64,000 bases of DNA from the human T2T-CHM13v2.0 reference genome, Homo sapiens, in the NCBI RefSeq assembly GCF_009914755.1, contig NC_060934.1. One strand, given 5' to 3'. Of the stretch, positions 1-12,884 are shown piece after piece (the first letter of the stretch is position 1; each line of letters starts with the position of its first letter). Made by a program: the position numbers and the translations under genes. The notes under the pieces were generated by a model. It ran no database searches, was not told where the DNA came from, and saw only the letters and a list, made by a program, of their open reading frames with translations.

Positions 1-1073
1 GAATGACCATTTCACAAAACAACTCACGCTTTCCTACCTCTGGCTGTAAAATTGACTTTCCTTTCTTTCCATCTTAAGAGATTCTGCTTCATTTCAAAAG
101 CAAGTAAGATAAGGATTAGAAATACCAGCCATTGTCCTGTCTTGATAAGGACAGACTGAAGGACACGTTACGTGGGTTCCCGTTCCTTGGCTTTACCACT
201 TAGAGCCACTGACCTTGGATCATGGACTCAAGGCCAATGACTGGCCTCCTGTGGTCCATAACCAGGTCCCTGTTCAATATCAATGTCATCTTTTCAGATA
301 TTCTGAAAAGCTGAATTATTTTGTTTTCCATTTTCCTTGGTCTATTTGAGAAATGATACTGTATCAGTTTTAGATATTTATTTTTTAACTATGACACAGT
401 CCACTCATAGGATGAAGGATGGCGTGCCAAGGCTGTGCCCAAAACTGATCCCACATTCCCATCACGGATGTGATTCTACCCCAGGTCTATGTCCTGAGAA
501 CTTGTCTCATCAGAGACATATAAACAATTCCTAGAACAAACTTTGTGTAGAGTATTTCATTTGCCTCATGCTTCTTATAGGATTTTTCTGTCAATCAGAT
601 AGTTGGAACACCAGCACCTTGGGGCTCAAAAACATGTTAGCTTTTTACCGACGTACCAATGGCTTTGTGCCAACCCATAAATTTTCCTCTTTTCTTTGGA
701 GTAGGGAGAACTTTCAATCTACATTGTTTTTACTGCACTTGTTCTACTCTGGTTTCCATGGTAATAACTGCCAAAATTGAGCTGCCTGGATTTTGCAGGG
801 AAAACAGAACTGCTGGTTGATTTGTCACATACGTGAGCCCTTTCACACTTCACTAAAACTCACAGACTAGCCTGGGACATCCCCGCAACCAATCAGGCTA
901 TTTGCAGGTTTTTAGAAGGCTTGGATAATTGTTTTCATAGGAACTACAGATTTATAAAGCTGGTATCTTTCAGGCTTGTGGATAATTTTTTACACCTCTC
1001 TAAGAGAAATACTAAATTTGTTGCAGCCACTTACAGCCCACCACTGAGGGACACTCTTCTCCATTGAAGTCTA

Positions 1074-1466
<393 letters not shown>

Positions 1467-2056
1467 GCGTGGTGAATGAAGTGCTCTAACCTTAACTTAA
1501 CCAAACCCTGTTAGCCCTCTGGCTGGGATAGAAACCCAGCCTGCTAAATCCGCAACTCGATCAATGGCCAGTGGCCATAATGATTCTCTTGTTTCTGCAC
1601 CTTCTCAAGGCAGGACAAGGAGCAGCTGTGGCCCCTTCTAAGGACAGTTGTGGAACCACTTTCTGTGCTCCACATCTCCAGGCATCAGAAGAAAACACAG
1701 GCTCTGAAATCGAGGGTCTAATAGCTCAAAGGAGATGGCAATTGGCATTTGTAAGCAGCTTTCTAAGTAAGCGGATAAACCAAACACATCCGGGGCAAGC
1801 TAGGACTGGTATGACTAAGGAACAGCAAGGAGACCAGGTACAGCAGAGACAGGGGAGCAAACAGTCATGGAAGAAAAGGCCAGAGAAAGTCCCTCATCAG
1901 CCACCTTCAGATTTTAGGACCAGTGTTGGAATGTTTACTGAGGGAGGACATACATTATTCTTTCTGCTGGCAGAGATATCTCCAAATGACAACATTTGAC
2001 ATAAAGAAAACACTAGGCAATTATTTAGGCTGATTCATTTAAATAAGTGGTCTTTC

Positions 2057-2540
<484 letters not shown>

Positions 2541-3333
2541 GTCCATAAACTTGGGTCCCTGAGTTACCAGTCTCTCCTTCTCTCATGATCATATTATCTG
2601 GGCATTGCCCACATGCCCGCTTCCTTTTTAGCCCTGTAGACACAGTCTATGTCTATACTTTCTCCCTTTGTCTGAGAACTGACCTTCCTGACTGAAGTTC
2701 ACAAGAGCCAACAGTTGGCTCTTATAGTTTTCAGAGACAAATCTCCAGGGTTCAGGCAGCTCCTAGGCCACTCGGAATGACATCGTTGCTTAAAAGCATC
2801 ACTTTACTCTAAATGAGCCTCAGAACACCTCGGAGCGCGGTAGTACCTGTTACTATTTCAGAGAAGGATTGCTAAGAGTACTTTTATTGTAAGACTTAAA
2901 GGTTTAAAACGTCTTGTGAGCTTTTGCTGTATAATTTCAATAAAACTCATAAAAAAAGAGGAATAAAAAAGAAAGATAGTTTTTTGTTTTAATTTATTTA
3001 CATATTGAGCATTTTTTAAATGTCAAAGCAAGAAGCCCTCCTAAGTACCAATTTATGTTCACCCCAGACAGGCAGAAAAGGTAGTAATGTCTATTTTATC
3101 TTGGCATTCCCCAAGAAAGGAAGGCAGCCTTTGCCTCGGACTCTGCCTCCAAGCCAGCTTTGTCAACATGAGAGCACGTGAGGAGCAGGATTTCAGGGTG
3201 CTGCCTCCCTGGCCTAAACCTGCGTGCAGGACCCGGGTTGGGGTCCACAAGCGTCTGGTTGTTCCTGCCTGTTTCCCTCCATTCTCCTCAGTACCCTTGG
3301 ATCCCTGTTAACCTCAGTATTTTAATTCCTTAG

Positions 3334-3453
3334 GCATTCCAGAAGTGTTCCTTTATGGATGTAAATTCAAACAGTCATGCTGAGCCATCCCGGGCTGACA
3401 GTCACGTTAAAGACACTAGGTCGGGCGCCACAGTGCCACCCAAGGAGAAGAAG
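3334..3453 (+). CDS. KIAA1217: KIAA1217 (SKT) internal coding exon, 120 nt, phase 0/0 (AFQKCSFMDV...VPPKEKK)
   Basis: ttccttag| acceptor at 3332-3333 and AAG|gtaacg donor at 3454; 40 open codons that join the next exon in frame. Confidence 0.9.
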
Positions 3454-3834
3454 GTAACGTGGCAACTGCACATTTGCCACACGGTTGGGAGTCCTTCCTT
3501 CCTTGCTCTGACACTAACACGGCTCTTATACTCGACCTTTGTCCCCTCTGTCTTTTTTCTCTCTCTTTTTTTTAACTAATGGAGACACAGGCATAGGTTA
3601 AAATCAGAGATATCTTGCTCAGGTTTTCAGAGCAAACACTGTGTTCCAGCCCACAGCATACAATAGTATATGCAGAATTTAGACACTATCTTCCCAAACT
3701 AAAGAGTGAACACCTTTCAGTACTTTCTAGAACAACTCTAGAAAGAAATATATAGAAACAGCAACCAAGTATTTAGCAGTTTTTCTAATTTGTAAGACCC
3801 TTTGGGAAAAAAAGAAAAACAACTATATATGTTA

Positions 3835-4153
<319 letters not shown>

Positions 4154-4955
4154 TAAAAACCTTTGATTTGGGAAAGAAAATGCATGGTAGAAAGTATCTA
4201 CCACCACACACTGGTGTAACCTCATGGAAACATACAAATGTGTATTTGCACAAACGTCCAAGGATGCCAAACAGAATTTTTGCTAAGTATTATCCATTTA
4301 TAAAGTGTACCTTCCAAGATAGTAAGTTCAGTATAGTTTTAGTGTTAACATACATGTGTGATGTCAAAAAAAGAATCCAGGCTCTGAAACAAAGTCTGCT
4401 GTCATTGTATAAGTAAGCACTCTAGGGAAACGACCATAGCCTGAATGTTTGAAATGCAACTTTAAGTTGCACCTAGAGCATCTCTGATTTTCAGATATAA
4501 AGACATCTTACTTGAATTAAGCTTCCATCTAAACTTCAGGATAAAAAGCTTGCAAGGCCTAACATTTTTCTCCAGGGACTTATCTTTCAGAATTCAAAGA
4601 TTCTAGCTTTCCTTAAACAAAATCAAACTAATCAGATGCAAGAGAGCCCAATAGCTACTACAGATGGGTACCTCAGTCCATGTACGACAGCTCAAGGAGG
4701 TAGATGTAGTATCACAAAACTGAAAGGCTATTCTAACACAACCATTCAAGAGACACAGTTTTGGGCTCCCAGCTCCCAGCCAAGAGGCCTTGCCAAGGAG
4801 GCCAGCTTGCTTCCCCCTGGCTCATAACCACCACGGCACCCTTGTGTAAACTCTCTGCCACATAAATTGACATGTGACACTGTTAATGGGGGAAGGGAAT
4901 CTCGCTATATCCAAGGGGGGTTATTGTTGATAAATGTTTCTCATGAAGAAAACCT

Positions 4956-5218
4956 GGCCTGGCATGGTGGCTCACACCTGTAATCCCAGCATTTTAGGAG
5001 GCCAAGACGGAAGAATCACTTGAGGCCAGGAGTTCAAGACCAGCCTGGGCAACATAGTGAGATGAAAGAAAGAGAGAGAGATATGGAGGGAGAGAGGGTA
5101 GGAGGGATGGAGGGAGGGAGGGAGGGAGGAAGGAAGGAAGGAAGGAAGGAAGGAAGGAAGGAAGGAAGGAAGGAAGGAAAAAGAGAGGAAGGAAAAAGAG
5201 AGGAAGGGAGGGAAAAGA
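4956..5218 (+). mobile_element. FLAM/Alu left monomer whose tail is a GA-rich microsatellite
   Basis: Alu monomer 4956-5065; TSD aagaaaacct at 4946-4955 and 5219-5228. Confidence 0.85.
5128..5179 (+). repeat. (GGAA)13 microsatellite within a polypurine tract (5062-5226)
   Basis: Direct count of 13 consecutive GGAA units. Confidence 0.95.
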
Positions 5219-5272
5219 AAGAAAACCTACTAATTTGAACTGAACCCATGAAACCATGTTGGAAATATATTG

Positions 5273-5592
5273 ATTTTTATTGTTTTTGGTTTTTTTTTTT
5301 TTTTTTTTTTGTGAGACCGAGTCTCACTCTGTCACCCAGGCTGGAGTGCTGTGACGTGGTCTCGGCTCACTGCAACCTCCGCCTCCCGGGTTCAAGCAGT
5401 TCTCTGTTTCAGCCTCTCTAGTAGCTGGGATTACAGGCGCCTGCCACCATGCCTAGCTAATTTTTGTATTTTTAGTAGAGATGGGGTTTCACCATCTTGG
5501 CCAGGTTGGTCTTGAACTCCTGACCTCGTGATCCACCCGCCTCAGCCTCTCAAAATGCTGGGATTACAGGCGTGAGCCACCGCACCCAGCCG
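5273..5592 (-). mobile_element. Alu, antisense, with 12-bp TSD ggaaatatattg
   Basis: Poly(T) head, reverse Alu consensus, TSD at 5261-5272 and 5592-5603. Confidence 0.95.
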
Positions 5593-5776
5593 GAAATATA
5601 TTGGTCTTTTCAGTATGTGGAATTTCCTTATGAGGGCTTATTAAAACTAACTCATGGAAGGCCTGGTATAGCATGTTATACTTAGGCTAATGTGACCATT
5701 TCTGTCTAGAACACTGACTGGGAATTTGGACTTTCTCAAAGATCCCTCTGGAGACCATTATTGTCTCATTGTAGAA

Positions 5777-6084
<308 letters not shown>

Positions 6085-6794
6085 ATTTCTAATTGGCTAG
6101 AAAGTGGCATGAGATTTCTTGCCCCATAATTAGAAATCCATATCCCATTGGTCTCATTTATCTCAGTTGAGGATCCACTGGCTAATAAGCAGGTCTTTAT
6201 TGAGTGCCCAACACTGAGTTTAGTCACAGGTGCTTATTCTGGATAATTAATCTCAGTAGATTAACCTTCTTCAGAATGACCATGTATATCAGACTTCTCT
6301 TATCCCCAATTCTGGGTCCTTATTAACCTCTTCCAGGGCTAAGTATTTACCCTTCCATAAATCGGATGTTTTCTTAAGCATTTTTTCTCCTGTCATCACT
6401 GAAACTCCAGCCTAGTTCTTCACTTGTATGCAATTTTCTTGTAACCCTGTCTCTCGTTTTGGTTTATTGTCCATATGCCTATTGAGTGCTTTTCCAGTTG
6501 TCTTCATAATCCAAATCCCAGGGCCTATAAATACATATTAAAGAGGCACAATTACCTTTCACCCAGAGTCTTGACCATCTAAGACTAAGAAATCACTGTG
6601 AGTTTGCATGACAATTATGACCAAGCTCCTGCACTTGCTTTGATACATTCATTCATTTTTTTCTAGCCCAGTGATAAAAAGTATAGGTCGTGGGAAAACC
6701 AAACTTCACATTTTTATCCTAGTGACTTTCCATTAGAGCATTTATGCTACTACTCAGTTTTAAAATACATATATTACAGGGGGGATTTTTGAAA

Positions 6795-7091
6795 TTTATT
6801 TATTTATTTTTGAGACCGAGTCTCGCTCTCTCGCCCAGGCTGGAGTGCAGTGGTGCAATCTCAACTCACTGCAACCTCCGCCTCCTGAGTTCAAGCAATT
6901 CTCCTACCTCGGCCTCCTGAGTAGCTGGGATTATAGGTGTGTGCCACCACGCCTGGCTAATTTTTGTATTTTTAGTAGAGACAGGGTTTCACCATGTTGG
7001 TCAGGCTGGTCTCGAACTCCTGACCTCATGATCCACCCACCTCCACCTCCCAAAGTGCTGGGATTACAGGTGTGAGCCACCATGCCTGGCC
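6795..7091 (-). mobile_element. Alu, antisense
   Basis: Reverse Alu consensus. Confidence 0.93.
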
Positions 7092-7293
7092 TGAAACGTT
7101 TAATGATGGGAATGGCACAGGCCATGACCAACCAACAGACACCAGCCCTAACCTCCAGTAAATAGACCCCCAGAACATCTGCCACGTGTGTGTCTTTAGA
7201 TCACATGCCAAATCCATCCACGATTCAGGGGGCAAATTCTCATTTGGGTCCTAGCATGATATGCTGACTCCATATTTGGAGTTGTAACCTTAG

Positions 7294-7752
<459 letters not shown>

Positions 7753-8441
7753 AAGCTCAATTATTTTTCTTCTTTAAAACCTTTTACTTGACGTATTCAT
7801 TGTTTCATATTTTAAATTTAAAATCCCACAAAAGAAGCCATGTGGCTCCGCTGCAGCAGCCGAATCATGGCACTTGTTTGGGGGCTTCCTGGGGAGCAAG
7901 CAGAAGTAAAACAGGAGGTATTTGGTGGCTCGTGTACCTTGTACTTTGCACAGTATTTGCGTGTGATTAATTCTGACTGCGTTGTTTGTGTGTCATTCCT
8001 CAGGCGTGTATGAACAGTCTTTCCATTCTTAAGTAAGGTCATAGGGGTTGCTCTGGGTTGACTTTGGCTGGGCCCGGGTGTTTGTGCTTTGTGTTGTCAT
8101 TGCTTTAACCAAGCAGCCTTCATGGGAATTGTGCTCCATCCTGCTATAATCAATCACCTCAGCATGAAGAAAGGGCAGCAGTGCCTTGGAACCGACAAGG
8201 CATCACTAGTGTTAGTGTTATGTCAGGGCCTGAGGCTACTGATACACCTTGGGAAAGGCCAGGCCTCCAGGTGAAGCGCCTTGAATACCTGGGTCCTCAC
8301 CACTGGATCCTTCACTCCTGAATCTTGGTGAGACCCTAAGACATGTATCTTCAGTCTACACTGGAAAATATAGAGAATGAAAGCTGAGTCGTGACGTCAC
8401 CGTCACCAATGTAACCTCAAATATCTGCTTTGTGAATGTTT

Positions 8442-8534
8442 AGGTTCTATTGTAACAGCATGATGGATATGAACCAAGGTTCTATTGTAACAGCATGATG
8501 GATATGAATTGAGGTTATATTGTAACAGCATGAT
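8442..8534 (+). repeat. 35-bp tandem repeat, about 2.7 copies
   Basis: aggttctattgtaacagcatgatggatatgaa units start at 8442, 8477 and 8512. Confidence 0.9.
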
Positions 8535-8784
8535 CACTCTGAATTTGGATTTGGTCATCGTGGCTATGAGGAGTGTGAAGGTTATTTTGGCACTTCGACA
8601 CCTGCAGTACAAACTGCATTTCAATCTGTCATTTGATCAGGGGAAAATAATGTTTTTTCGTCCCCAAATGCCAAACCCAACCAAGGCAGATGTCTTTATA
8701 GGATAATCTCCATAACAGAAGCAGAGGGAGGACTGAAATAATGAGCTGTAAGGGGAACTAAAATTCCCCTGGGCTGGTTCCTAA

Positions 8785-8900
8785 GTTTATAGGCAAGAAA
8801 ACTGAGGCCAAAGAAGTAAAGTGACTTATCTAAAGTAACACAGTTTAGTGGCAGATCTTGATTAGGATCAAAACTTTCTGTCAGCCCATACATTGTGCTT
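8785..8900. mobile_element. MIR fragment
   Basis: gaaaactgaggc..aagtgacttatctaaagtaacacag core. Confidence 0.65.
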
Positions 8901-9252
8901 TTCACAATTCTTCAGGTTTTAAATTCTGCTAAGCTCACAATCTGATGTTGAAAAGAGGACATGTTAGTAATGACTCTGTCCCTTTATTTTCTTCACCACT
9001 CCCCTACAAAATTTTAAATTCTTGAAATCTTTTGCTAATTGAGATTTTCATCTTGTGCAAACACAGGGCATTTTTGGCAGTTGGAGAACAAAGCAATCCA
9101 AGGTAAACAGCTGTAGGCTTTGGATTGGTGTGTAAGAAATATGCGTGGCCCGCATGTCTTAGAAATGTAATTAAAGGAACGATTTAGTTATAGTCCACTT
9201 TTTTGGGGGGATGTGGTTTTGTGGAGTAACATGTCCTACACTATTCTACCAG

Positions 9253-9330
9253 AATTTGGAATTTTTCCATGAAGATGTACGGAAATCTGATGTTGAATAT
9301 GAAAATGGCCCCCAAATGGAATTCCAAAAG
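9253..9330 (+). CDS. KIAA1217: KIAA1217 78-nt coding exon (NLEFFHEDVRKSDVEYENGPQMEFQK), phase 0/0
   Basis: ctaccag| acceptor and AAG|gtgagt donor; 26 open codons; too short for the ORF track. Confidence 0.88.
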
Positions 9331-9442
9331 GTGAGTTCACCAGATCTGGGTTCCGACCAATACCATGCACATTAAGTACCTGCCTCTGCAGATCCATTGC
9401 TGATTAACGTGTGTGGTTTCCCTCCTCCGTTCTCCCTCTCAG

Positions 9443-11041
9443 GTTACCACAGGGGCTGTAAGACCTAGTGACCCTCCTAAGTGGGAAAGAGGAATGGAGA
9501 ATAGTATTTCTGATGCATCAAGAACATCAGAATATAAAACTGAGATCATAATGAAGGAAAATTCCATATCCAATATGAGTTTACTCAGAGACAGTAGAAA
9601 CTATTCCCAGGAAACTGTGCCTAAGGCCAGTTTCGGTTTCTCTGGCATTAGTCCATTAGAAGATGAAATAAACAAAGGGTCTAAAATCTCAGGCCTGCAA
9701 TACTCTATACCTGACACCGAGAACCAGACGCTGAATTACGGAAAGACAAAGGAGATGGAAAAGCAAAATACGGATAAGTGTCACGTTTCCTCTCACACTA
9801 GACTAACAGAATCAAGCGTGCATGATTTTAAAACAGAAGATCAAGAGGTTATCACGACAGATTTTGGCCAAGTTGTTCTAAGACCCAAGGAGGCAAGGCA
9901 TGCTAACGTGAACCCTAATGAGGATGGAGAATCAAGTTCAAGTTCTCCCACTGAAGAAAATGCAGCCACTGACAATATTGCCTTCATGATTACCGAAACC
10001 ACTGTCCAGGTTCTTTCCAGTGGGGAGGTGCATGATATTGTTAGCCAAAAGGGAGAAGACATACAGACGGTTAATATCGATGCCAGAAAAGAGATGACCC
10101 CCCGACAAGAAGGGACTGACAATGAGGATCCAGTCGTGTGCCTGGACAAGAAACCAGTGATCATCATTTTCGATGAGCCCATGGACATCCGGTCTGCCTA
10201 TAAGAGACTTTCAACTATCTTTGAGGAATGTGATGAGGAATTAGAGAGAATGATGATGGAGGAAAAGATAGAGGAGGAGGAAGAGGAGGAAAATGGGGAT
10301 TCTGTAGTCCAGAATAATAACACTTCCCAGATGTCTCATAAGAAGGTGGCCCCAGGCAATCTTAGAACCGGACAACAGGTGGAAACAAAGTCACAGCCAC
10401 ACTCCCTGGCCACAGAGACCAGAAACCCAGGAGGACAGGAAATGAACAGAACGGAGCTGAACAAGTTCAGCCACGTGGATTCTCCAAATTCGGAATGCAA
10501 GGGTGAGGACGCGACCGATGACCAGTTTGAAAGCCCCAAGAAAAAGTTTAAATTCAAATTCCCTAAGAAGCAACTCGCCGCTCTCACTCAAGCCATTCGC
10601 ACCGGAACTAAAACAGGGAAGAAGACTTTGCAAGTGGTAGTCTATGAAGAAGAGGAAGAGGATGGCACCCTGAAACAGCACAAAGAAGCCAAGCGCTTCG
10701 AAATCGCTAGGTCTCAACCTGAAGACACCCCTGAAAACACAGTGAGGAGGCAAGAGCAGCCCAGCATCGAGAGTACATCTCCGATTTCAAGAACTGATGA
10801 AATTAGAAAAAACACCTACAGAACATTGGATAGCCTGGAGCAGACCATTAAACAGCTCGAAAATACAATCAGTGAAATGAGTCCCAAAGCCCTAGTTGAT
10901 ACCTCATGTTCTTCCAACAGAGATTCTGTTGCAAGTTCATCCCACATAGCCCAAGAGGCCTCTCCCCGACCCTTGCTAGTTCCGGATGAAGGTCCCACTG
11001 CCCTAGAGCCCCCTACGTCGATACCTTCAGCTTCACGTAAG
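9443..11041 (+). CDS. KIAA1217: KIAA1217 giant 1599-nt coding exon (VTTGAVRP...SIPSASRK), acidic and disordered
   Basis: Core of the 550-aa ORF 9413..11065; polypyrimidine ctccctctcag| acceptor and AAG|gtatct donor; 533 codons; protein recognised as SKT. Confidence 0.95.
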
Positions 11042-11540
11042 GTATCTTGGTCTGCTGGAAAATGAAAAGACCCAGCTGCTTTCCTAAATCTGCCATAATC
11101 ACCATTAGTGAAAGGTGTCTTGTAACTTAATTGCTTTCTTTCAGGTGGCTTTTTTTTTTTTGTCTGTTCGCCATGAAACCCTTCTTTCATACTTTCTCCC
11201 TCACCTTCCAAACAACAACAACTAGGTATCTAACAGCTAATCAGCTCTGTTTTTGCCTCTGTTGCTGACTGGTGTTGGGTAAACACGAGGCTGCTGGGTC
11301 AGCCATGTGCTGTTGAAATGGTTGCTCTGATACTCACATTAAAATCCGTTTGATCAGTAGTGAGCAGTTGATTCTGTTTGATTCTTCTGATTAACCCCAG
11401 TTGGTGTCTCCTAGATCTGTCCTGCATGTAGGGCTGTGGCTTCTCACCTTGAGCTTCTCTGCACATCGTGGGGCAGCCTCACAGATGACCTACTCATGCG
11501 CTTCTCCTTCTCTTCCCCCTCTCACTGGTCCTTCCCACAG

Positions 11541-11663
11541 GGCTCCAGCGGGGCCCCACAGACGAGCAGGATGCCTGTCCCCATGAGTGCCAAGAACAGA
11601 CCCGGAACCCTGGACAAACCCGGCAAGCAGTCCAAACTGCAGGATCCCCGCCAATATCGTCAG
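11541..11663 (+). CDS. KIAA1217: KIAA1217 penultimate coding exon, 123 nt (GSSGAPQTSRMP...QYRQ); read-through gives a VVLP* end at 11678
   Basis: cttcccacag| acceptor and CAG|gtagtt donor; in frame with both neighbours. Confidence 0.92.
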
Positions 11664-11807
11664 GTAGTTTTACCTTAAACCCACTTTTGGATGGACGCTA
11701 TTTCAGTTAAGCAAGTCACTGACTTAGTTTATACCAAATATTGTGCTTTCTTTGTAAGATAACGGTTTACATAGACATCCTGGATCTGGGGGCATGAAGA
11801 AAGTCTA

Positions 11808-11858
11808 AATAAACCTTTGTTACACTTTTTTACCACGCTTTTGCATGCTTGCAATAAA
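11808..11858 (+). terminator. Two intronic poly(A) signals for a short KIAA1217 3' end
   Basis: AATAAA at 11808-11813 and 11853-11858, 130-180 nt after the in-frame stop at 11676-11678; T/GT-rich sequence downstream. Confidence 0.65.
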
Positions 11859-12386
11859 ACATCTTTTACTTTGTGACTCCAAACTCCAAATTTTAACTGT
11901 TAACACACGGTGCCAGACCAGGTGGCTTTTCTTTGGTGAATGTAGTGTTTCATCTGAACACCTCGGGAAGCAGAGACAAACCAACCTGTGGTTGAACTGC
12001 CCTTAACGTCACCACTACTAACGTCTATGTTGACTGTATTGTGTTAGAAGCACATTAACACTCCGTCACAATGCCCGACCCCCACCCCAGTAATTATCCA
12101 GACGCATGGCCCACCTGGCACACAGGAAATGGTAGAGCTGGAATGATGGGACTCCTCTCACAAATGTATTCTTCCTTTCCTCCTTTCCCGTCCATCCTTT
12201 GCTATGTACATGGGGGGTTTCTACCAGGTCCAGTAGAGCACAACAAGACTTAGCTCAGGCCTTGAACTGTGTTTGGTTGGTTTTCTTTGATTGAATTATT
12301 CTCAGAAGGGCTGTGTTGCCAGGCCCTGTGGGTTGATCATGTGACCGCCTTTCTGACAAAATGTCTCCCGCCATCTTTATTTGCAG

Positions 12387-12884
12387 GCTAATGGAAGTGC
12401 TAAGAAATCTGGTGGGGACTTTAAGCCTACTTCCCCCTCCTTACCTGCTTCTAAGATTCCAGCCCTTTCTCCCAGCTCTGGGAAAAGCAGTTCTCTGCCC
12501 TCTTCTAGTGGTGACAGCTCTAACCTCCCTAATCCACCTGCTACTAAACCATCGATTGCTTCTAACCCTCTCAGCCCCCAAACAGGACCACCTGCTCACT
12601 CTGCCTCCCTCATCCCTTCTGTCTCTAATGGCTCTTTGAAGTTTCAGAGCCTCACTCATACAGGTAAAGGTCACCATCTTTCATTCTCACCGCAGAGTCA
12701 AAATGGCCGAGCACCCCCTCCTTTGTCATTTTCCTCCTCCCCTCCTTCTCCTGCCTCCTCCGTCTCACTGAATCAAGGTGCCAAGGGCACCAGGACCATC
12801 CATACTCCCAGCCTCACCAGCTACAAGGCACAGAATGGAAGTTCAAGCAAAGCCACCCCATCCACAGCAAAAGAAACCTCTTAA
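12387..12884 (+). CDS. KIAA1217: KIAA1217 terminal coding exon (ANGSAKK...STAKETS*), Ser/Pro-rich
   Basis: tttatttgcag| acceptor; 165 codons plus TAA at 12882-12884; ORF 12381..12884. Confidence 0.95.
   Translation, partial: ANGSAKKSGGDFKPTSPSLPASKIPALSPSSGKSSSLPSSSGDSSNLPNPPATKPSIASNPLSPQTGPPAHSASLIPSVSNGSLKFQSLTHTGKGHHLSFSPQSQNGRAPPPLSFSSSPPSPASSVSLNQGAKGTRTIHTPSLTSYKAQNGSSSKATPSTAKETS

Noticed and set aside
1571-1999. 142-aa intronic ORF with a signal-peptide-like start
   Set aside because: Starts at GTG, no recognisable homology and no convincing exon boundaries
4994-5257. EGRK / PSFL repeat ORFs
   Set aside because: Translations of the GGAA microsatellite
9392-9442. Alternative acceptor ctctgcag| in the 112-nt KIAA1217 intron
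   Set aside because: Hits TGA within four codons and the downstream acceptor has a much better pyrimidine tract; no further support
9841-11211. Minus-strand ORFs (83-131 aa) over the KIAA1217 giant exon
   Set aside because: Antisense shadows of a coding exon; no independent splice or start context
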